Shown one piece after another: positions 1 through 7,235 of a stretch of 7,468 bases of DNA. The notes below the pieces were generated by a model. That model saw only the letters and a program-made list of their open reading frames with translations, was not told the origin of the DNA and searched no databases. How positions within the stretch are numbered: the stretch's first letter is position 1; the number at the start of each line of letters is the position of its first letter. Position numbers and translations under genes: made by a program. The stretch comes from an uncultured archaeon. Lineage in GTDB: Archaea; Asgardarchaeota; Jordiarchaeia; Jordiarchaeales; Jordiarchaeaceae. The stretch covers positions 1 to 7,468 of the forward strand of contig CAZECW010000107.1 of the NCBI GenBank assembly GCA_964510585.1. Reading direction: 5' to 3'.

Positions 1-134
1 GCTCCAACCTAGAAAAGGGGATGGGAAGCCCTCCAGACTTGCGGGGAACTTGAAAAACCAGAACGCTTTTGAGAAAACCTAAAAGAAGGAGAAGAAAATA
101 CACGTAAACCCCAAAAATTCATCCGAATCTATAG
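1..134. other. Purine-rich segment not homologous to FGGY kinase; possible end of an inserted element
   Basis: None of the three forward frames gives kinase-like sequence upstream of about 133, and all three contain stops. The segment ends ...AAAATTCATCCGAATCTATAG at the point where kinase similarity begins. Element family not identifiable by eye. Confidence 0.35.
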
Positions 135-1107
135 TCCTGGAAAACATGACTGGTCGGATAAAATTCTCAAAAAGTATGGAGTAGACAAAGAAAAACTCCC
201 CGAAATAAAAGCTTCAACCGATGTTGCTGGTAAACTCACAAAAAAAGCTGCGGACGAACTAAGTCTAAAAGAAGGGACACCAGTTATCGTTGGGTCAGGC
301 GACGTGGCAGCAGTGGCTGTGGGTTCTGCTGCAGTTAAAGAAAGGGAATACTTCATTTATATCGGTACTAGCGACTTTATGGGCACCCACACAAAGCACA
401 GAAAGGTGGATATATCCCACTATATGGGAAGCATATGCAGCGCTATCCCCGATATGTACCTATACACGGGAGAACAAGAAACTGCGGGTACCTGTTTAGA
501 CTGGGTGAAGAATGAAGTGTACAAGAGTTCAGCTGAGGAGCTTGGAGAGAAGGTTTATGACTTGTTGGACGAGGCTGCGGGAAAAATTCCGGCGGGTTCT
601 GAGGGACTTATGTTCACCCCATGGCTATCCGGAGAGAAAACCCCTATGGACGATGACACCATACGTGGAGGATTTCACAACTTGAGCCTTGAACACAACC
701 GAGACCACATGGTTAGAGCAGTTATGGAGGGTGTTGCGTTTAACATCCGCTGGGCGTTTCGGTGCATGGAGAAAAAAATAGGGACTGCAAACTGGGTTAA
801 CTTTGTGGGAGGCGGAGCACTGAGGGAAACATGGGGCCAGATAATAGCTGACGTCCTTAATAGGGAAGTGAGGCAGCTTATAAATCCGAGGGAAGTTGGT
901 GTGAGAGGGGCGGCCATGATTGCTACTGTGGGTTTAGGTATACATAAGGACTTTCCAACTGCTGCTAAGCTGGTCAAGGTAACCAAAGTCTACAAGCCTA
1001 AGCCAGAAAACGTTACCACATACGACAAGCTTTTTGCCCAGTTCGAAAAACTCTACGAATGCCACAAAAAAATCTGCAAGTATATAAATGAGAAAATTCA
1101 CAAATGA
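73..1107 (+). pseudogene. FGGY-family carbohydrate kinase (xylulokinase-like), 3' fragment; 5' half missing or interrupted
   Basis: Frame 1 is open from 73 to TGA at 1105-1107, further than the 304 start in the ORF track. It reads ...PGKHDWSDKILKKYGVDKEKLPEIKASTDVAGKLTKKAADELSLKEGTPVIVGSGD..., then YIGTSDF, FTPWLSGEKTP, RAVMEGVAF, VGGGA...WGQIIADVL, GAAMIATVGLG, all typical FGGY motifs. In-frame stops at 10-12 and 70-72; kinase-like sequence starts only near 133. Confidence 0.8.
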
Positions 1108-1280
1108 GAAATTGGGCTCCATTTATTCTACAAACTTTTTGAAGAGATTCAAAGCTCCAAGAATAGTAGACCTGTTTAGAATTGGGTTAAGAAATGTAGG
1201 GAACCAAGCAGTGTAGTGTGTAAAGTTTTTTTATAACTAGTTGCCTGCGGCTCTGTCTTATAGTGGAATAAAGGGTGGGG

Positions 1281-2756
1281 CTATTTTTTGATTTCCGCTA
1301 ACTCTTCTTTTTCTATTCCTGCAATGATTTTGGCGAGTTTCTTTTTGTGCTCCATGTCTACTCCTCTCTCAATCATTATTCTCTGAGATTGTGGTGAGCC
1401 TGCCCCATGCATGGACTCTGTTCTGTAGCCTACGGATCCCAGTCCCATGGAAATATTCTCTATGAGTCTTAGTATGCGTAGCCTATGCTCCGTGGGGACT
1501 TTGCTCACACCCTTTAGATACTTTTCTACGTACTTTCCAATTTCTGGATTTTTGAAGTCCTTCTCTGAGGGTGCGGTTACCAGTATGCCGCCTGCAATGT
1601 CCTCTGCCAGCCTGACAATCTCGTAGGGGAACCTGGTTACGTTATGCTTGCAAATATTCGCCAGTAAAATATTGACCAGATAGGTTCCTGAAGGGGTTTT
1701 TGTTCCCTCAGATGAACATGCGATTCCACAGGAATATATGGTTTCGTTGAGGTGGTTCATTTCCACAATTTTATCCCTAACACTTGAAGAGTCAGCCACT
1801 CCGTTATACTCCGCTATGGTGGCCGCTGCGCCTATTAGTACATCCCCAACACCGGATTTGCACCCTCCGTAGCTTTGCCTGTGGTACGCCGAGAAATTGT
1901 CAACCAGTGGCCATGCAAACTGATACTCCCCACACATAAAGACCCTCTCCCAGGGAACAAAAACATCATCAAAGATTATCATTGCTTCCTGGCCTCCGTA
2001 GCGAATGTTTCCCGTATCGAACTCCACTCCCTCGAGTTTCCTTGTGTCGCAGGACTGCCTGCCATAAATGTATATTAGTCCTTGGGCGTCGCTGGGGATC
2101 GCGAATGAGACTGCATAATCCTTATCATCTTCACGCATTGTTCTTGTGGGCATAACAATAACTTCGTGGGAGTTCACCGCACCAGTTTGATGCATCTTTG
2201 CCCCCCTAACCACGATGCCATCTTCTCTTCTCTCAACAATCCGGAGATAAAGGTCGGGATCCTCCTGTTGGCTTGGTCTCAGGCTTCTATCCCCTTTGGG
2301 ATCCGTCATGGCACCGCAACACACAAAGTCGTTTCCCTGAACATATTTTAAATATTCCAGAAATCTCTGGTAATAATCTGTTCCCAGCTTCTGGTCCATT
2401 TCGAATGTAACTATTGAGAGAGCGTTAAGGGCATCCATACCTACGCATCGCTGAAAGCACGTGCCAGTTTTTCCGCCCAGCAGTCTTAGCAACTTCACCT
2501 TTTTTACCAAATCTTCGGTACTCTGGTGAATGTGAGTGAAGCGATTGATTCTTTCTCCCGTGATGTGGGAAGTGGCGGTTGCCAAGTCCTGATATCTTGG
2601 GTCGTTTGCCACATCGTAAGTAACAGAGAGGGAATTTATGGAGGGCCGTATAATTGGGTGGTCAACTGGGTTCTCTACCTTTTCGCCCAACAAGTAAACG
2701 ACAAGTCTTCTTTTCCTTAAACTCTCAATATACTCCTTGCCAGTCTTTAATGTCAT
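1281..2756 (-). CDS. abfD: 4-hydroxybutyryl-CoA dehydratase/vinylacetyl-CoA delta-isomerase (FAD, [4Fe-4S]; HpaB/AbfD family)
   Basis: KTGKEYIESLR N-terminus, TGTCFQRCVGMDA (two cluster Cys), YHRQSYGGCKSG (His and third Cys), ESMHGAGSP C-terminal motif. The ATG at 2756 is preferred over the GTG at 2765 because GGTGGT (2766-2761) lies 4 nt upstream as an RBS; this gives 491 aa. Confidence 0.92.
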   Translation of the reverse strand: MTLKTGKEYIESLRKRRLVVYLLGEKVENPVDHPIIRPSINSLSVTYDVANDPRYQDLATATSHITGERINRFTHIHQSTEDLVKKVKLLRLLGGKTGTCFQRCVGMDALNALSIVTFEMDQKLGTDYYQRFLEYLKYVQGNDFVCCGAMTDPKGDRSLRPSQQEDPDLYLRIVERREDGIVVRGAKMHQTGAVNSHEVIVMPTRTMREDDKDYAVSFAIPSDAQGLIYIYGRQSCDTRKLEGVEFDTGNIRYGGQEAMIIFDDVFVPWERVFMCGEYQFAWPLVDNFSAYHRQSYGGCKSGVGDVLIGAAATIAEYNGVADSSSVRDKIVEMNHLNETIYSCGIACSSEGTKTPSGTYLVNILLANICKHNVTRFPYEIVRLAEDIAGGILVTAPSEKDFKNPEIGKYVEKYLKGVSKVPTEHRLRILRLIENISMGLGSVGYRTESMHGAGSPQSQRIMIERGVDMEHKKKLAKIIAGIEKEELAEIKK

Positions 2757-2799
2757 TTTAACCACCGATAATTCAACACCGCTTAGTTAAACTTGCTCT

Positions 2800-2816
2800 A
2801 ACCTATTTATAAGGTT
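2800..2816 (-). promoter_or_regulatory. Putative abfD TATA box (TTATAAAT) flanked by a 5-bp inverted repeat AACCT/AGGTT
   Basis: + strand AACCT-ATTTATA-AGGTT at 2800-2816, about 50 bp upstream of the ATG. Confidence 0.45.
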
Positions 2817-2868
2817 GGTCGAAAATTTTCTCAGTGAACCATTTTTTGGCTTTTTTTAACAAAAATAT

Positions 2869-3555
2869 TTACATTTCTAACTTCGTCCACCTGAATCCGG
2901 GTATCTTCTTTCTCTTATTGTTCTTTTTGAAGGTGTATAGTCTTGCGGGGCGGTGGACGCCGAATTTGTATTTTTCTGTTGGTTTAACTATTCCCATAGA
3001 GAATATTTTCTTTCTGAAGTTTCTTTTGTCCAGTTTTTCTCCCAGAACCACTTCGTAAACTCTTTGCAGTTCGGTGAGGGTGAAAAATTTGGGAAGAATT
3101 TCTAGTGCTATTGCGGTGTATTCCAGTTTATATTTTAGTCTCTGGTGGGCGTATCTAATTATCCTATCTTGGCCCAAGGCTAGTGGTGGAAGTTCATAAA
3201 CTGAGTGCCAGGCTGCATTTTCCCTAATTTTAATTTTCCCAGGATACACTAGGGCAAAATAGGCAACTGTTATAACTCTACCTCCAGGGTCTCCCACCGC
3301 CTCCCCGTAGGTGTAGAGTTGCTCCAAGTAAAGGTTTTCAAAAATTCCCCCCTTCTCCTTCAAAACTCTTAGTGAGGCCTCCTCCAGAGATTCCTCTTTT
3401 TTTAAAAAGTCTCCGGGGAGTGCCCAAACCTCCCCATTGGACGAGGCATTGCTTCTATTTAGTAGCACCTTCAAATTGTTGTCTTTTATTGTGAATATGC
3501 ACACTTCCACCGAGACAAATACTGATTTTTCCAACTGAGCTGTATCAGTAGACAC
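2869..3555 (-). CDS. nrtR: NrtR-family transcriptional regulator (Nudix-like domain plus C-terminal winged helix)
   Basis: WALPGDF...ESLEEASLRVLKEKGG (degenerate Nudix box), YLEQLYTYG, VITVAYFAL, then wHTH FTLTELQRVYEVVLGEKLDKRNFRKKI...HRPARLYTF. GTG start with AGGTGGA RBS; overlaps the upstream gene's stop by 11 bp. Confidence 0.9.
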   Translation of the reverse strand: MSTDTAQLEKSVFVSVEVCIFTIKDNNLKVLLNRSNASSNGEVWALPGDFLKKEESLEEASLRVLKEKGGIFENLYLEQLYTYGEAVGDPGGRVITVAYFALVYPGKIKIRENAAWHSVYELPPLALGQDRIIRYAHQRLKYKLEYTAIALEILPKFFTLTELQRVYEVVLGEKLDKRNFRKKIFSMGIVKPTEKYKFGVHRPARLYTFKKNNKRKKIPGFRWTKLEM

Positions 3556-4705
3556 TTAGGTCCACCTTTTCCAGTCTGGGATTTGGCCGATACGGTCTGC
3601 CCGCCTTGTGCAGAGTTATAAATTCATCATCAACGAAGTAGCCCATAATATCTGAGGTAGCAACGTAGCGGTCGTCTGCGAAGCCGGCGCCTATAAAATC
3701 GAAGAGCTTCAAATCGTACCTTTGCTCACCAAGTATGAATGCTTCAACCTTTTTGGGGTTGCTAAATCCGCTTGAAAGTGCTATTTTCAGGTTGGGGTAT
3801 CCCTCGTCGTTAAATGCTCGTCTGGCGGCGGCAACCGCTTCAACAGTTACTCCCGTCCCAGTCCAATATTTTCTTCCATCAAAAGGCACGCCTCCCTCTG
3901 CTATAACTGCTCCATTCGTGTCGAACCTCGGCCCCCAGAAATCGTCCCCCAATTCTTCTGCAACTTTTAGGGTGTCAGTGATTTCTCTGTTGAACGTGTC
4001 TGCCAGAAAAATTCTTGGAACATCTTTAGGCATATGCTTGTGGAAGGCCTTCATGGTTTCCACAGCGGAATCTTCTTCACCATATTTTGAGGCGAATGCC
4101 AGAACTAAGGCGTGAGGCACTGTGCCCACCCCCTTCTGCCCAAATGTGGCTGCACCAATATCTGTTGAGGTGGACGCTGCCCCCGCTTCATAGGCTACTC
4201 TGGCAATTTTAGCATCCCACTCGTACCCATAGTGTCTGGCTCCAAAATAGGACAAGTGTCTGGGGCCAAACTTACTCTTATTTATTAGTTCAGCCACTTC
4301 TCTAACGTTTGCCCTAATTTTTTCCAGATCCGGCTCCGGCTCACCATTTGCCCTGCCGGTCCTATCTGATAGGATAGAGAGGTACATTGTCTCTAACTCG
4401 ATTAAATCTAGAATGGGGCCTTCAAGAAGCATTAGGGTTTCTTCGGGTTGATATGGAACCCCATCTTGAAGAGCGAAAATTCTCCCACCATGCTCCGCCA
4501 GTTTGGGACTGTACTTCATAATTGCAGCTATCGCTTCATCTATGCCACCAGTTATGCCTGGGCCTTTCCTTATGAAAACTTGATACCTTACAAAGGGGTT
4601 TATTCCCTCTTTTCTCAGTATTTCTGCGCTTCTCAAAAAGTACTTATCTGTATGTGGTTCGTGTCTTGGTGGGAAAGTGAATTCAGTTTTTCTTTGGCTT
4701 CCCAT
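3545..4705 (-). CDS. pncB: Nicotinate phosphoribosyltransferase-like protein (type II PRTase, NAD salvage)
   Basis: TDKYF N-terminal motif, LIELETMYLSILS, FGARH, GTVPHALVL (His motif), ADTFN, RFDTNG, KIALSSGF. ATG at 4705 with GAGGTG (4716-4711) 5 nt upstream. Adjacent to NrtR. Exact substrate (nicotinate, quinolinate or nicotinamide) is not provable from sequence alone. Confidence 0.82.
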   Translation of the reverse strand: MGSQRKTEFTFPPRHEPHTDKYFLRSAEILRKEGINPFVRYQVFIRKGPGITGGIDEAIAAIMKYSPKLAEHGGRIFALQDGVPYQPEETLMLLEGPILDLIELETMYLSILSDRTGRANGEPEPDLEKIRANVREVAELINKSKFGPRHLSYFGARHYGYEWDAKIARVAYEAGAASTSTDIGAATFGQKGVGTVPHALVLAFASKYGEEDSAVETMKAFHKHMPKDVPRIFLADTFNREITDTLKVAEELGDDFWGPRFDTNGAVIAEGGVPFDGRKYWTGTGVTVEAVAAARRAFNDEGYPNLKIALSSGFSNPKKVEAFILGEQRYDLKLFDFIGAGFADDRYVATSDIMGYFVDDEFITLHKAGRPYRPNPRLEKVDLSVY

Positions 4706-4743
4706 CCATACACCTCTTAATGTTTTTATTCAAACCCTTAACT

Positions 4744-4762
4744 TAGTGTATATTTTACACTA
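4744..4762. promoter_or_regulatory. Predicted NrtR operator TAGTGTA-TATTT-TACACTA
   Basis: Perfect 7-bp arms with a 5-bp spacer; contains the GT-N7-AC core described for NrtR boxes; lies 39-57 bp upstream of the pncB-nrtR start. Confidence 0.8.
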
Positions 4763-4765
4763 TTG

Positions 4766-4780
4766 TTATATATATCCTTT
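4766..4780 (-). promoter_or_regulatory. Archaeal-type BRE/TATA promoter of pncB-nrtR
   Basis: Minus strand reads AAAGGA-TATATATAA: a purine-rich BRE-like stretch followed by a TATA box, immediately upstream of the palindrome. Confidence 0.65.
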
Positions 4781-4903
4781 TGGTTTTAGCAAATAATACA
4801 CTAAGTTGTGTGGAGAAGAATCATGCTACATTGCCATTATAACCGAGGAATCGAAGTCGCTTTTACAACTTTTTGTATTAGATAGGGGCTTGCATCTTAT
4901 AAC

Positions 4904-6208
4904 TTATTCACCCATTTTCTTCGTGATGCGGGTTAGATTTGTGGCTGCTTCCTCAAATTTGGGGTTAAGCTCTAAAGCTTTGGTGAAGTCTTTTAAAGCT
5001 CTGGCGTATTCCCCTTTCTCCTCAAATATGAGTCCTCGGCTGTTATAAATAGTTTCGTCTTCGGGGTCTAGTGTTATTGCGTGTGTGAGGTCTGCTATGG
5101 CTTTATCAAGTTCTCCCTTTTTTCTCCAGGCTAATCCGCGGAAATGGTATGCAAACACGTATTTGGGAAGCAATTCTATTGTGTGTGTAAAGTCCTCTAT
5201 TGCCTTATCGTATTCGCCTTTATAGTAATAGATGAGTCCACGATTGTTGTATGCCTCAACGTAGTTCGGGTCGAGTCTAATGATGGTATCGTAGTCCTCT
5301 ATGGCTTTGTCGATTTCTCCCTTATCCTCCCATGCCAGGGCTCGGTTAAAATAGAATTCTGGCTCGTTAGGTTCAAGTTCTATTGCATGGGTGTAGTCCT
5401 CTATGGCCCTTTCAAAATCGTCTTTATAGTACCAGGCTAGTCCCCTTCTATTATAGATTGTTGCGAGTCTGGGCTCCAGTTCTATAGCTCTACTGAACTC
5501 TTTTATGGCTTGGTCGAGATTTTTTTTGGCGTAATATGCGATTCCCCGGTAGAGTGGATGGTCATAACATTTTTCAACAAGATTTGAGTTGAGATCGATG
5601 GCACGGGAATAATCTACTACCGCCTTTTTATGTTCCCCCTTAATAAAATACTGGAGCCCTCGGAAATAATAGGCGTTGGCGAAATCGGGATATAGTTTAA
5701 TAGCTTGACTGTAATCCTCTATTGCCCTATCAAGTTCTAACCTTGCGTGGAGGGCTTGGCCGCGATTATAGTAAGCATCCGCAAAACTGGAGTTTAGTTC
5801 AATGGCTCTAGTAAAGTCCTCTATTGCCTTATCCAGCTCCCCCTTTAATTTCCAAGCCAGACCACGATTATTGAACGCTTGTGCATTGTTGGGTTCAATC
5901 TCTATAGCTTGAGTGTAATCCCCTATTGCGCTATCGAGTTCTCCCATTTTCATCCAAATATTGCCGCGTTCCAAATAGGCTTGTGTATATTTGGGGTCGA
6001 GTTTTATGGCTTGGTTAAAATCCTCTAAGGCTTTTTCCAGATCTCCTTTAATGTGCCAAACGCACCCCCTATTATAGTAGGCTTGTGGATATTTGGGGTC
6101 GAGTTTTATGGCTTGGTTAAAATCGTCTAATGCCCGGTAGTAGCTTCCCTTACCCAGCCATTTGGTTCCACTATCATTGTAGTCAGCAGCACTTTTTGTC
6201 GTATTAAT
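4904..6208 (-). CDS. Tetratricopeptide-repeat protein, 12 TPR units plus capping helix (about 434 aa; start uncertain)
   Basis: 34-aa repeats of the form AYxNRGxxxxxKGExDKAIEDFTxAIELxP. The frame stays open and TPR-like for 78 codons above the TTG at 5974, up to TAA at 6220-6218. Those 78 codons contain no ATG/GTG/TTG; 6208 is an ATT. Confidence 0.85.
   Translation of the reverse strand: MNTTKSAADYNDSGTKWLGKGSYYRALDDFNQAIKLDPKYPQAYYNRGCVWHIKGDLEKALEDFNQAIKLDPKYTQAYLERGNIWMKMGELDSAIGDYTQAIEIEPNNAQAFNNRGLAWKLKGELDKAIEDFTRAIELNSSFADAYYNRGQALHARLELDRAIEDYSQAIKLYPDFANAYYFRGLQYFIKGEHKKAVVDYSRAIDLNSNLVEKCYDHPLYRGIAYYAKKNLDQAIKEFSRAIELEPRLATIYNRRGLAWYYKDDFERAIEDYTHAIELEPNEPEFYFNRALAWEDKGEIDKAIEDYDTIIRLDPNYVEAYNNRGLIYYYKGEYDKAIEDFTHTIELLPKYVFAYHFRGLAWRKKGELDKAIADLTHAITLDPEDETIYNSRGLIFEEKGEYARALKDFTKALELNPKFEEAATNLTRITKKMGE
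5976..6130. repeat. Two 53-bp near-identical copies 102 bp apart (5976-6028 and 6078-6130)
   Basis: TAGGCTTGTG[T/G]ATATTTGGGGTCGAGTTTTATGGCTTGGTTAAAATC[C/G]TCTAA, 2 mismatches; spacing equals one TPR unit. Confidence 0.95.
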
Positions 6209-6440
6209 TGCCCCCGCTTAGACTCAATGTTGGTGGTGCCTTAAAACTATAATCATTTACCAATTATGTGATTTTTAATGTTTATTTTTTTCTAACTTAC
6301 TACAATACAATGATTTATTAGTTTTGGATTTTTGAACTGCTTAGCCTCTGAGACTTTTGGAGAGCGCTTTTTGGTAAAATTAATATTTTGTACTGGTTAT
6401 TTACTTTTCAACGTTTTTAATTATTGTTGGAGGTTTCAAT

Positions 6441-6728
6441 GTGTGTGGCTCCAATTCAAAGGAATCAATTTATGTCATTAGAAAAATGAGTGTTCCTCAC
6501 TGTGCAAGGGGGCCTCTGAGATGCGAAAAGTGTAGAATTATGGAAAAAGAAGTGAAAATATGCCTGTTGAAAGTCCATTTTGAGCCGGGGGAAATTACGC
6601 GACCAGTGATCGATATTTATGTGAATGGAAAGAAAAAATTCTGCGAGTACGACCTCATAAAAACATTTGAGAACGAAAAAGAAGCAAAAGAGTATGCCGA
6701 GAGGAATATGTTAAATCTCCTAGAATAA
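6441..6728 (+). CDS. Small Cys-rich hypothetical protein (HC-x6-C-x2-C motif)
   Basis: 95-aa ORF with GGAGGT RBS at 6429-6434; PHCARGPLRCEKC cluster; helical acidic/basic C-terminus (FENEKEAKEYAERN). Start could be GTG 6441 or ATG 6486. Confidence 0.65.
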   Translation: MCGSNSKESIYVIRKMSVPHCARGPLRCEKCRIMEKEVKICLLKVHFEPGEITRPVIDIYVNGKKKFCEYDLIKTFENEKEAKEYAERNMLNLLE

Positions 6729-6880
6729 ATAAACTCAGAGTGTTTTTACTCTACGGGTGGAAGAACATTTTTTCTGGAATCGAAGTCTCTCAAGGCAAAC
6801 TCAGCTATATCTGCTAAGATTGTTATTATAGCTTGAAATTCTGTATTTAAATAAAAGTTGTATCCCCAAAAAATTGTGAT

Positions 6881-6899
6881 AAAAAAGATGAGAAAAAAA
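6881..6899 (-). terminator. Oligo-T tracts, probably the original ssb terminator
   Basis: Minus strand TTTTTTT (6899-6893) and TTTTTT (6886-6881); the first would begin about 10 nt after the ssb stop once the 326-bp element is removed. Confidence 0.5.
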
Positions 6900-6907
6900 T
6901 AACTTAC

Positions 6908-7233
6908 AAAGACGGGTGCTCAGAAAGCCCCCGACTTTAATCGTGGGGATGAATGGACAAAGATTTAAAGGTTTTCCGCTAAACACTGTATATTAGATGT
7001 GGCTCGGATGTCCAAAGGCTCGAATAAGGCTCCAAGCCGAGACAGGCAGAGAAGGTTCGAACATTTAACGATAATCCCAAGTCCCACAAGGGACAGGGAT
7101 AACTGGGTGGTGGCACACCCATTGCAGATAGCCACTGAGCGGTGAAGGAATGAACGCTTAAACGAATGTATCCCTGAGCGTTGAAGGAAGCTGTGTGCAA
7201 GAATCCCCCGACTTCAGTCGAAGGGAGTGTCAA
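6908..7233 (+). mobile_element. Non-autonomous IS200/IS605 (IS608-like) mini-element, 326 bp
   Basis: Target TTAC at 6904-6907; left-end guide AAAG (6924-6927) at the foot of hairpin CCCCCGACTTTAATCGTGGGG (6928-6948); right-end guide GAAT (7201-7204), hairpin CCCCCGACTTCAGTCGAAGGG (7205-7225) and terminal TCAA (7230-7233). This is the IS608 end code. No full tnpA or tnpB lies between the ends. Confidence 0.88.
7008..7145 (+). pseudogene. 45-aa in-frame ORF, probable internally deleted tnpB remnant
   Basis: MSKGSNKAPSRDRQRRFEHLTIIPSPTRDRDNWVVAHPLQIATER*. The PSPxRDRDNWVVAHPL tail resembles TnpB C-terminal tails as I recall them, and it sits just upstream of the right end. Not verified by search. 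Confidence 0.5.
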
Positions 7234-7235
7234 AT

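Noticed and set aside
129-1122. ORFs 129-356(-), 290-499(+), 675-986(-), 934-1122(-)
   Set aside because: Shadow frames of the FGGY kinase with no recognisable motifs.
1104-1217. ATG overlapping the kinase stop opens MRNWAPFILQTF*; one extra T in the T5 run would extend it to about 37 aa
   Set aside because: Needs a hypothetical frameshift, and the product resembles nothing I recognise.
1281-2756. abfD as evidence of autotrophic carbon fixation
   Set aside because: The enzyme also serves fermentative routes, and no other cycle genes are in the window.
1875-3058. + strand ORFs 1875-2078, 2166-2351, 2526-2720, 2834-3058
   Set aside because: Antisense to abfD or nrtR; no independent coding signal.
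73-3555. NrtR as the direct regulator of the neighbouring sugar kinase (AraR/XylR-like)
   Set aside because: The kinase promoter is outside the window, and the only clear operator sits in front of pncB-nrtR.
3735-5440. + strand ORFs 3735-4115, 4448-4720, 4806-5048, 5144-5440
   Set aside because: Antisense shadows of pncB and the TPR gene.
4847-6787. Identical 12-mer GGAATCGAAGTC at 4847-4858 and 6776-6787
   Set aside because: About one or a few 12-bp matches are expected by chance in 7.5 kb, and the flanks do not extend the match.
6928-7225. The two similar CCCCCGACTT...GGG hairpins as a CRISPR array or tRNA
   Set aside because: Only two copies about 277 bp apart, with no cloverleaf; fully explained as IS200/IS605 subterminal hairpins.
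6801-7233. Minus-strand ORFs 6801-6986 and 6979-7233
   Set aside because: They are reverse readings of IS ends and AT-rich intergenic DNA; no TnpA HUH motif or other recognisable motif.
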